DNA of 64,000 bases from Utricularia gibba (lineage: Eukaryota > Plantae > Magnoliophyta): contig CM007989.1 in NCBI GenBank assembly GCA_002189035.1, positions 7,688,001 to 7,752,000 of the forward strand, given 5' to 3'. The notes under the pieces were generated by a model. The model was not told the origin of the DNA. It saw nothing but the letters and a program-made list of their open reading frames with translations, and searched no databases. Shown here one piece after another: positions 12,627 through 24,300 of this stretch. The position numbers and the translations under genes are program-made. Every line of letters begins with the position of its first letter. Within the stretch, counting starts at the first letter, position 1.

Positions 12627-12647
12627 AATAATAATAATAATAATAAT
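12627..12647. repeat. (AAT)7 microsatellite
   Basis: Read directly from the sequence. Confidence 0.85.
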
Positions 12648-13877
12648 GTGAATAATGGACAAGTGTGAAGAATTAATGTATTTTTTTATTTGAAAAAATA
12701 GTGGTGGACCAAAATATTAACTTCACAAGGGGTTGATATGTAATCTTCTTCATTTATTAGAGCAGCCCACTTACATTTAGTGCACTAACCCCAGGGAGTT
12801 GGTGATTCTTATCAAATTCCATTTTCCAAATCTAGGGATTTTGATTGGTATGTTTTGTTCATGATTAATTAGATTTAACATATACTGCATTTCATTTTAA
12901 ATAGATTTAAAATATATTTGGTGTCCATTTAGTCATTTAATTAGAATAAAATTCTATTTTTCAAAAACTATTTATTTTAAAAGAATTCTAATATTATACA
13001 AGTTTTTATAATTTCTTAATAATGAGAATCATTTTTTGAAATAAAAATCATTCGTATTCAATCATAACATTAATTATAAAATAATTTTATAAAACAAAAA
13101 ACTATTCCAAAGATATCCCATGAGATTTTAATTAAACCCATGTTTAGTGTACGTATTTATGGGAAAATTTTACGTAGACCATAATATTCGCTTAAATAGT
13201 TTTAAAAAAAGTGTTTTAATTCCCATTATTTTATCAAAATATGAAAAAAATAAGAACTACATATATCCGATTTTTAAGTATTGATAATTAGTTATAACTG
13301 ATACTTAAAACGTGAAGATAAAAAATAATTAAATAAAAAAGATTAAACATTGAATATATCCAATTTATCAAAATATGAATATGTACGATACGTCAAATAT
13401 AAAAACTAAATATACTAATGAAGACTAATCATGTCATTTTCATTAAACATTATCGATTAATATGAATGCCATCGAGTGCCCATGTATTTATACGTGTAAA
13501 GTTAAATTATAGTTATGTTAAAACATGTGTTTAAAATAAATATACGTGTTTAAAACAAATATATCGTGAAATACGTATATAAAATATGTAAAAAAACCTA
13601 TGAACATACGACCTAATTAATTAACGGTTTGGATTAAAATATCGATGATCAGCTAGTGGCTTTCTGGTTCAAAATGCAAACGCCTGGATGCAACAATGGC
13701 TGTGTTCTTCTGGAAACCGTGTTGATACATATAATCAGGGAGCTGATTGAGCACAATGGATCCATGAAGTTCAAGTGACATGATGGGAAGCCCTTATTCC
13801 AATTACTAGTCCGGAAACCGAAAGCAGCACCCAAACTTCAGATGGAAACATTAGGCAATACAGAGTACCAGTTGCTG

Positions 13878-15000
13878 TTACCTGGTCCACCAATGGAGGA
13901 AATCCTTGCGCCTGTTGATCTTCTTCTGCAGCTGAAGCAGACCGTAGAGAAGAGCTTCTGCGGTGGGAGGGCAGCCTGGAACGTAGATGTCGACTGGGAC
14001 GATGCGATCGCAGCCTCTCACGACGGAGTATGAGTAGTGGTAGTATCCTCCGCCGTTGGCACAGCTCCCCATCGATATCACCCACCTTGGCTCAGGCATT
14101 TGGTCATAGACTCTGAAAAGGATGTGAACCAAACAAGAATCATTAACCTTTTCATGAGTTCAAAGCTTTATAAGATAAGAGAACGGGCATTAGGGGCTTT
14201 TTTGGATGAACTCTGGAGGCATTCTTCTGAATTTCAATTGCAATGAATCAAAGCCAAACAAGTAAATTCAGCAGTATAATCTCTGTTATTGAAAAGGAAA
14301 GAAACAATCTGCAGTTTTCTTGATTCACTGGAGTGACCCTTGAAACGGGTAACCAAATGGGAGCGGAGCAGCAAATCCATCATTTACAATTCATGTTGTG
14401 TTCTTAAATTCGGATTGATGTTCAAGATTCAATCTTGGGCAGCAAATTAACAATTCTAGACGAGCATAAAATATCCCCTTTACCCCTAAACCTCATTCAC
14501 AATCACAATGCAAGAACATCAAGCGGCAGTGAACGAGGATTCAAAATCTGACAAGAGCCCTAATTAGGAAAAAAAAAAACTCACTTGCGCAGGGCAGGCG
14601 CCATCTTATTGGTAAGCGTCCCAGCAACAATCATGCAATCGGATTGCCTAGGGCTAGGCCTGAAAATGATCCCAAAACGATCCAGATCGTAGCGAGCCGC
14701 CCCAGTGTGCATCATCTCCACAGCGCAGCAAGCGAGGCCAAAAGTCATGGGCCAAATCGACCCACGGCGAGCCCAATTCAGCAGGTCATCGACCTTAGAA
14801 ATCACGAACTCCGCAGCCTTAGACAAGCCGGCGGACGAAGACGTCGACGGTGGCGGAGAAGACGCATAGGGCGCGGGAGAGGAAGAAGAAGCAGATGCAA
14901 ATGAAGGAACGGTGGTGTGCAGGGAGACCGCGGCAACGCGGTGGTGCAACACCGCTGTTTGCCGGAGCTTGGCGCCGGCGCTTCTCGCGATCTGAGCCAT
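13878..15000 (-). CDS. NDUFS7: NADH:ubiquinone oxidoreductase 20 kDa PSST subunit (complex I, Fe-S N2), mitochondrial; exons 15000-14585, 14112-13878
   Basis: [47 protein letters not shown]|[65 protein letters not shown]. Ser/Ala/Arg-rich presequence. Confidence 0.98.
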
Positions 15001-15452
15001 TTTTTATTACCTAATTCTACCTCTCGAAGCGTCGGTCGATTCGCTGGAGCGTAGAGAACAAACACGGCGAGTCGCAAAAGAATAAAAAAAGGAGTTGTGA
15101 TGACGTGGCTTCTCTTGGTCCATTGCACCGGCTCCAAACTGGAGAGATTATTTTATTTTTTTTAAAAAGAAAATTTAAAAAAATCTTTTTAAATGCGCAT
15201 TTTAAGTTCTCATATACATTCGCATCGGCAGGCGAAAGGATGAGTGACGATGCAGTTCAGATGAGATGGGGAATCAGTGGCTGAGAGCTGACAAGGATTA
15301 GCATATCATGGCGGGGCCGGGCGGATTCGTATTCTGTAGAAAACCAACGAAACGAGGAATGGGTTTTAGATTCAATTTTGAGGGTGTTGTAAGCATAGTG
15401 GAGTATATTCCCTGCTGCTTCTTCTTCTGAAGAAGCAACCTCTACTTTCCTT

Positions 15453-17846
15453 ATGGGTATGATCAGACTGAACTTCAAATGGGGTTCTCTCTCAGTCCAG
15501 TATCCTGCATCCGTAGCTAGTGTATCGTCGCAGTACTGTAAGGCTTGTTGATTTCTGTATGTTTTTTTTACTAATATTCTCTTTGTAGCTGCGTCATCTC
15601 GAAGACAGAATTGTTAAATTGATTTGTTTCTGTGGGTTTTTAATGAATTTGATGCTGTGGTGTACAGGTAAGGGCAGGGGTAGATTCTGTTTCTTGGCCA
15701 AGTTGTCTGTGTCATCAGTTTTATATGATGAGGCAGAAGCAATTAGTGGTTCTTCCAGGACACATGTGCATTCTTCTTCCTCTCACTTTCTGGAGAATTC
15801 TTTTTTGGGAACTAGAGACATAAAGGTCTGCTCTCTTTTTAGGCAGTCGTTTGAAAGCATCTTGTGATTTCCATTGGAAATGATAAGTGAAGCATAGAAG
15901 ATAAAAGAAAAGTAGTGTAGGTCATTCGTGTCTTTGTGATGTACACTACCCCCTCTTAATCGGCTGGTGTCTAAAAAAATATAGCATCTCGTGTTGGAGA
16001 TACTGAATATTTTAGCTTGTGCTTTTCTTGATTATTCTTGATTGGGTTTGGTTAGGTGGTGGGTACGCAGGGTTCAAGTGATGATTTGCAGAACCATGGA
16101 GTTGAGTTATTGAACAATGAGGATGGTCCTCCGTATTTTTCTAGCTTGAATGCTACAACGACGTCCCAGTTCAGATTATTGATGAAAAATCTCGACATTT
16201 TGGAAAACATGTTTGCTGATTCTAATGCTAGGAGGCTTGAAGAAGATATTCTAGAGAAACTGAAAAGACTTGGAGCTATCCACTTGTTTAATTCATGCTT
16301 ATCCAAGACACTAAGCTCTGCAAGTTCTTCATGCACAACTTCTGATGATGTTCTTGATGAGCTTCAGTCAAAGGATTCAGAAAATAACAGTGTAGAAGAT
16401 GTGATCATTCCTGGGAGAGGGGGACTCCGGAAAGAAAGAAGGAAGCGGGCATTCCAGTTGGGAAGTGATAAATCAGGTCAACAGTGTCGAGATCCTGAAA
16501 CAAAACCTTCCTCAGCTCAACTCATGCTTAGATCCAGAAACAAAAGGCAGAAGCTAGCAAAAAGTGAAGCAGATATGGCCAGTGGAGTTAAGGTTGTTTT
16601 AGTAGTTTGTGTGTTTCCATGATGTAGGCAAAATCTTCTTGTGTTAGAATAATAGTTTTTGTTGTTTCTACGGCAGTCACTTGCAGAATTGGAAAAAATA
16701 AGAAGAATGCTTGAAGCTAGTGAACAAAGAGCAAGCTTCCGTACCTGGGCAGAGGCTGCTGGAATTGAAACAAATGAGTTATGGCAACGTTTGCATTATG
16801 GTCTCCGTTGCAGGGATGAGCTTCTAAGAACCTCACGCTCCTTGGTTGTTTACATTGCCAAAAACTACAGGGGACATGGAATAGCCTTTGAGGATTTAAT
16901 CCAGGTCTTTCTTCAACATTCTGATGCAGAACTCACTTTCTTCAACATTCTGATGCAGGACTCCTCCCATGGCTAAGTATCACTATCGAATCATCCACTT
17001 TCTTAATTTTTTTCAGGCAGGAAACATGGCAGTCATGCATGGCGCAGAGAGGTTCGACCAGTCAAGAGGATACAAATTCTCAACCTATGTTCAGTACTGG
17101 ATCAGGAAGTACATGTCAATGCTGGTCGCAAGGCATGCCAGAGGAGTCAGGATTCCTGTAGGCTTCATTCTGGTTCTTCATTTTTACTAAATGGTTCAAT
17201 AGGTGGACAAGTTTTTCTCCTAAAATTTGGTTGAGGGATCAATACAGTTCCAATGGTTGTAATTTGGTGCAGGGGACTCTGAGCAAGGTGATAAACCAAG
17301 TGCAAAATGCAAGAAAAGCCCTCTGTACCAGCAACGGCAAGCATCCTTCTGATACTGAAATCTCCCAGTTAACCGGTTTATCCATAGAGAGAATCCAATC
17401 TGCAAGCAAATGCCTCCGAGTTGTGGGATCAATTGATCAGAAAATCGGGGATTCCATAAGCATAAAGTTCATGGTAAGCCTCACACCTTCACTTGATTCT
17501 TACTCTCAATCACAGACCTTTAGCTCCCAGATAAGCAAACATGATGCACTTGCAGGAAGTTATGTCAGATGAATCGATCCGTAGCTCCGAAGAAGTCTTA
17601 ACGAGGCAACATTTGGTCCAAGACATACACACACTTCTTAGGGGACTACAACTGATAGAACAGCAGGTATTAGTTCTCAGGTTTGGAATAGGGGACAAGA
17701 ACCATCAGTCCAAGTCACTTGATGAGATCGGAAAGCTTCTCTGTGTGAGCAAAGAGTGGATCAGGAAAATAGAGAAAAGGGCTCTCACCAAGCTTCGAAC
17801 TGAGAATTCCCTCAATACCTTGAGGCACTACATCTACACACAGTGA
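15453..17846 (+). CDS. SIG3: Plastid RNA polymerase sigma factor 3 (SIGC); exons ~15453-15537, 15668-15825, 16056-16592, 16677-16904, 17017-17157, 17273-17473, 17556-17846
   Basis: Sigma-70 regions: [21 protein letters not shown]|[31 protein letters not shown], and region 4 [29 protein letters not shown]. The N-terminus [11 protein letters not shown] and the KEWIRK motif are SIG3-type. Confidence 0.9.
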
Positions 17847-18350
17847 GTAAAATCTCAAACAAATCCCAAGTTTTCTTTTTTACAGTTTGTCAGATGGATG
17901 TAGATATATTTGCACAAGTTTTCACAAACAGGGTGCCATTGTAAACTCCTTCATTCTATTAGATCTTACCAGGAGGAGATCAAGAGGATGTTGGAATTAC
18001 ATTGGATAATAGGGCTATGGCCAGTACTTAATGAATAGGGAGAAGAGTTCATTACATTTTTAAGTTTGTCTTCCTACATTCAACAGGTTTTATATGACAA
18101 GCCCAATAACAATCTGTTCTATAATTTTATGTTATATGATTAATAAAAACATACATTTTTATGAATAAGTATTTCATAAAATCGTGTAATTTTAAGTAAA
18201 AACAAAAGAATTATATATATAAAATTACACTAATCAAATCAAATATATTAAAATGATTGATTCTACTTACTTATCCCTAGGAAATAACGGCTTAGGTCCC
18301 GAAAGCAGCGCATTTCTTTGGATTTGAAAATTGGCAGGGGATGGATCTCT

Positions 18351-21300
18351 CTAGTTCAGGTTCCTGTTGTCCTGTTGAGGTGAAGAGCATTTCTCCTCTG
18401 GTTTATCAGACCTGAGTCTTTGGCTGGCAGTGGCAGTTGGAGCATGAAGTTCTGCTTCAGCTCCCTCTTTATTTCCACCTGCAAGATTACATAATCCCAA
18501 AGCCATCTGCTATGATTCTCTCTTAAAAGCAATGCAAGGAAAGAGCTTTGGAGGAAACCTGGTTCAGCAGAAGCTGTGGCCTGCACATTGGTACTCGGAC
18601 TCGAACCAACTCCTTTTCTCATCCTCGACTGCACGCACATTGACAACAAAACAACTGAACTGGTACTACTAGGAGCATGAAATAAAAAGCTGGAAATCAT
18701 CCGACAAGATGACGACGTACCCTGGTATAGTCCTCGCAGAACTTGATGACATTGGAGATGCTTGTGAAATGTCCATGAGAAAGAGTGTACGCCCACAAAA
18801 GAAGCTTCCTTGAGGTGTTGGTATCAATTACGTCGACACCGTCGAGCCCGGGCTGGATACAGGGTTCGGATGAGAGACGGGGTGGCACGGTGTAGAGGTT
18901 TACACCAGAAGGGAGCAACGCGCATGAGGTGTCCTTGTAGAAGCTGTATGCAGATCTAAGCAGCAAGTTAGCAGTCTCCAAATCCTCTTCATCTGAAACT
19001 CTCCTGATGATAAGATTCTTGATTTTTGAAAGCAAAGAGCTCCATTTAGTTTCAAGAGTCTTGAGATGCTTTGAGTCCTCAAATGCTGAAGACCATAGCT
19101 CTTCAGACTGGAGGTCAACACAGAGCAAATGCTGGCTTTCGAGTAGACTGCCAGAGGAAGTCGAGGGGGGATATTGGCTGTGGCCCTTGACTGCACTGGT
19201 GGTGTGATCAAAGCCATGTTAATGACGAGAGACCTGCACCAGGAGGCTGAAACGTGCCGATAAATTTTAGCACAATGACTGTTGGCCATTTTGGGATTCT
19301 TCAGCCGCTTCCGAATTTTCTCGTTTATCATCTCTAGTGTTTCCACTTTGACCTGCGTTTCCAGTAGTTGTATGTATCGACAAAGATACCTGCAAACAAA
19401 ATGAACACATTAACAGACATACAAAAGCACTTGAAAATTTGCCATTTTTAAACCCACCCAAACAAGCTCTCATCAGTCAATTCCGAGCCTTTAAGCTCAG
19501 GTAAGGTGCAAATTTCTGGCCACAAATTGACCTGATCCAGGAAGAGATTGAATAACTTTTCCAAAAATGGCTCAGCGTTTTCAGCACTGGAGCAGTTACG
19601 CATGCATGAGATCACGGCCTTGATGCATCTCCCCATAGCCACTGGTACCAGATCTTCAAGGCACACGGAGAACTGCGTTCAGTAGCAAAGTTAGCTGCAT
19701 CACCAAGTTAAAGAATGTGTAGACCAAGATTAGTGGAAAGTAGATTAACATCGACATCCGCTCAAGCTCAGAAATGAAAATCCAGGAGATCAAAGATTTT
19801 TCAGTATGGTTCATCATTACCCTTTTATCTGCCCGAAGAGATATGTAAGCCCTCTCGAGCATAGAGATGTCCCCAGTTTCCTCCAACAGTTTCAAGTAGA
19901 ACAAGATGTACTTCCTAATACAGGTTGTAAATTTACGAGAGCTTTCAGCTAAGTTAACCTCAAGGCATCTCCTGTTCCCAGATGGCCCTGCATTTTTCCT
20001 CCTGGCAATCAAGCAGAATATAACCTATTATGCAGGCACTGAAGGTAAGAGTTGCAAATTACATCCAAATATCCATTCAACAAAACTAGAGAGGAATTAT
20101 TCAAGAAAAGGCCAGAGATGAACATATAACAGTGCCAGACGAAATTATCCCTCAGAACTTCTTCAAGTAAGTAAGATCATATGGTTTCCATTAAGATTTC
20201 ATTTTCCTAGGTGATTCTTAAGGACTTTCAGTTTACATCAACGTAGGGAACAGAAAAGAACCACAGGCTCCAAGCTCCAATGTAAAAGAAATCAAGGAAG
20301 AGGCCATACTTTCCTTTCTTGACAGTACTATCAATCTCCCACATATTTATTGTGAATGAGGAGCGCGATGACTTGAAACAAAAGGACAGCTCCTCTTTGG
20401 CCCTCTCGATGTCCCCTGGTCCACCTCTCCTATACAGACCTTGGGAAATCATATATCTTGCCTTATGGAAATGCTTAAGATCTCCTTCCACGCAAGTTTC
20501 AAGGGCAGATAGGCAATCCTCATAAAGCAGCTTCAGCACATTTTCAATTCTGTTGGATTTGGACACTTTACTACTTGATGTTCCATCCACGAGATGCACA
20601 GTTGGATCTGAACTTTCAGAGAGGAGTCCGAGAAATACATTGTTCACAGATTCCTGAATTGATTGAGCAAAACAATGCACTGCGACAACCTGTAATGGAC
20701 GCATCCGATTTTTAAAACATAGTGCAGACATTTCAAAGGCATTAAAAAAGATGTGGCTGAACGCTGGATTACACTCGACAGCTGCATAAAATGTAGACAT
20801 CAACTACTAAGGTAGGAACTAAAAACATGATAGGTAGCGGAGAAGGCAAGATAATATTTGACATGAACCTTAAGAGTATCTTCATCTTTTTTCCCACTTT
20901 TGGAGAGTAACTTTAACCTTGATGCATGCAACCTGTAAAATGGATCCACGGCAGTTGGGTTCAAAGCAATAGCCTGTGCATAATATGATAGCGACAAGTC
21001 ATGAGGGTGCCCAAGCTTTTCACTGAGTTTCCCAATATAAAATGCGTGAGACCAGTCTTCCCTGCAATCAAAAAAGTTTATGGTCAAGAAACCAGAAGAG
21101 AATGAAAGGAACCAAGCTTGATAACAAAAAATACTTGTGCTTAAACGCTCTCTTGAAATGGCTCAAAGCATTCTGGCAGAAGGTTGTCCAAGTTGCATCC
21201 TTCAAGGGTAAGATAAGCCTTTGATCGTAAAATGGAACCACATTCTGAAGTCCGTCATAGTAAACCAAAGCCAATAACTGGTGTATCTCTGCCTGAATTA

Positions 21301-24300
21301 ATCAGAAAAATGTAATACGGCAATTTTCATCACACAGGATAACCAAATTTCAAAATTAATTCCCGAAAAAAATTCACCATTACAAACTCTGCTTAAAATG
21401 AGAGCAATTCTTTCCCATAACATTTCAAATTCACTGTCACCCAAAGTAACAAAACTAATGTTTTTCAGAGAAGCAACAAGAATAACATACTCGCTAGAGA
21501 AGAAAAAGCATCTTCTAAAACTGAGCTCAAAGAATCAAAGTTATCCTGTCTGCATGAGTATATAAAAATACCTGCTGCGAAGTCTCCTTTGCCAAAGCCA
21601 AGGTCATCAATAAGCATCTTCTGCTGCGTCTTCGACTTGCCTCCACTCTCTGAGTTAGAGTATTATTTTTCCTCCAATCTAAAACATTAATTTGCTTACT
21701 GCCGTCATTTAAAAGCAAATCTACTTCCTGCAAGAGAAGAATATAGCTACCAACATATCTTATAAAGCTCAATTGCCACTCCTGAATTTATACTCATTAC
21801 TATCAGACTAGAGGATCAAAGAGAGGATCTTACCTCATCATAAATCCTTGACAGTCCCTCCCAGCTTTCGAAGTGCTTAGGGTTATACAATAGGTCATAT
21901 TTGAAAAGCTTGGCATTCTGTTGTACAAAATCTTCCCCTTCCTTGGTTAGAACAAATCCTGCCCATTTATCACTAGCACTCATTTCCTCAGCCTGGGACA
22001 GAAGGTAATACAAATGGCGATGAACTTCAATATATGGATCAGAGCTGCAACCATAAACCAAGAAAATGCGTATTAGCTGGACTGCATGCTAAAATCCGTA
22101 ACTGAAGAACTAAGAACCCACTTACTTTTCCATTGATAACCGAGATTTGGTGCTTTCATTCTCCGAAAATACATCCTTCATCACGGTATCCAGAAAGACT
22201 GAAGAAGCAGCATGCTCAGATAGCTTATCCTCACATAATTCTGGATCATCTAAGAATTTATCAATCGGATTTGTTGACAGCATATTGTCCGGTGGTTGAG
22301 GAAAATGCTTGCGTATGGCTCTGAGAGCCCTCCTCAGTTTAACTAATCCACTTCTCTGAGAAGAAACACACGCCAATTAGTCAACTATTACAATTTGAAA
22401 GGACAATGAAAGAATGATGCCTTTGCATACGGAAGAATGCAAAACTCACAGATGATGCCTTTGCATACGGAAGAATGTATTGGAAAACATCTGCACACTG
22501 CTCTTTGGTTTGATAGTCTCCCTGGCTTGTATTTTTATGCTTCACTAGGTCGTCCTCACAAGATGAATCCAATCTCAGGTTCAAACCATACAAACAGTAA
22601 AAACATTGATCCAGAGCACTGTCAATGGCTAGCTCAAGTTCATCTCTTTCATCCTCAGTCAGCATTTCCCCTTTGTCAACAACTTCATTACTCTCTATAT
22701 TAGTTATAGCGGATAAGGTTTCTGGCTTGTCAGCATCAAATGGAACTCTGTACTTGTCATCTGAACTAAAGGAACTGGTTTCAGTAATTGAAGTTTCAAA
22801 AGAACTCCTTTCCAACAGTGAAGACATTTTGTGGTCATCATCCTTGGAGATGCTAAAGTTGATATCTTGTTTACTATTAACTGAGTTTATACGAGACTTG
22901 AGCTTCATATCTAAGGTCAATAGATGCTTGATCGCAAGTCGTAAAAATGTTCCTTCTTCTTCTTTGTCACCATCCCCTCGTCCACAGCAGATACCAAACT
23001 CGGCAAGCAAATCATGAATAGCCAGAATTAGTTCAGCCTGAGGGAAGCCAAAGTAAGTTACAGGGCAAGCATCAAAAGACAAACTATACAGAGTTGCGAA
23101 AATTGAATGAGGTTCTCACTTGAGACTTAATTGGAACCGACTGATTTAAGTGCTGCAGCTTACAGAAAGCAACAGCAGCATCTACAAAGTAGCCCTGTTC
23201 TAATTGCTCAGTAGATTCTCGAACTCCAGAACAGGTTAATCTTTTCGTGAAGCAAAAATTAGAAATACTGCACATGAAAACCACTAATAAAGACTGTATT
23301 CCACCAACCAAAGTCTCTGGGACATTTTTCTGCAAATGTTCCAAAACTAAGAGAAATGAATCACGAGATCCAGAAATAGTGTATCTTATACGTTTTATAA
23401 AATCATATAATAGCTGACTACAAAAGAAAAGACCTTACTTTCAGCAAGAAAATATCAAATTCTGCTACTTATTCAGATCTAGTACTTACAGAACTTTCTT
23501 CAGAGTTGGTGAGGAACTTAATCTTTGATATAGATTGGGAGAGAGCTTTCACTGCTTCCGCAACTAAGGGACCCCAGTGCTTCCAAGTATTCTCATTTAA
23601 TTGAGAGGTAGTAAAACTATCGATGCCGCATGTATCTTCAGAACTTACTAAAATACCAGATCCAGCTAAAAGAATTTGAAGCTTCCTTTTGAGAGAACTC
23701 AAAAGGACATCAATATCCATAGGTGAAGACAATCCCGCTGATTTGATTAAAACATCCAGTGCACTTAGTTCTACTGACAGAAATCGTTTGCCTTCCTTAA
23801 CACCATCTTCACAAGAATCAAAATAGACAACCTTTTCCGACAATAAAAGAGGGGCAAGAGTGCTAATACATTTATCATGCATGTTCTTTTCAACCATTTC
23901 AGCACACTTCTTTAATACGTGCTCAACCTCTATCAAATGCATTTCATAAAGGACCCTATCAATGGACAATTTTTTAGTCATTTTGCAGTGATGCATCGAA
24001 ATAGAACCAGGATGGTTGGTCATCACATCTGTGTCAAGGAAAAGGGATACCGCCATGGAAAGTTCTTTCTGAACTCTTTCCTCATCACCTTCCAACCGGG
24101 ATAAATGTGAGCTTAACCAGAAAAAGCGCACCCAGTAGCTGTGATCACTACACAACGATAATGATTTGTTAATTACACGTCGTTGGTTTTTCTCATAAAG
24201 ATCCACTTGAGAACAGCAGCTTTTTGTACCAAATCCACCAATATGAGCAGGATAATTTTGAGCTGCAGATTCTATAACTTTACAGAGGTGATACGATGCA

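Noticed and set aside
5102-13059. Shared 17-mer AAAAATCATTCGTATTC (5102-5118 and 13043-13059)
   Set aside because: May be relics of one AT-rich MITE family, but it is too short and low-complexity to define an element.
18356-18796. 146-aa ORF as the CABIN1 C-terminus
   Set aside because: It reads through predicted introns. A spliced model ending at TAG 18351 fits the splice signals better.
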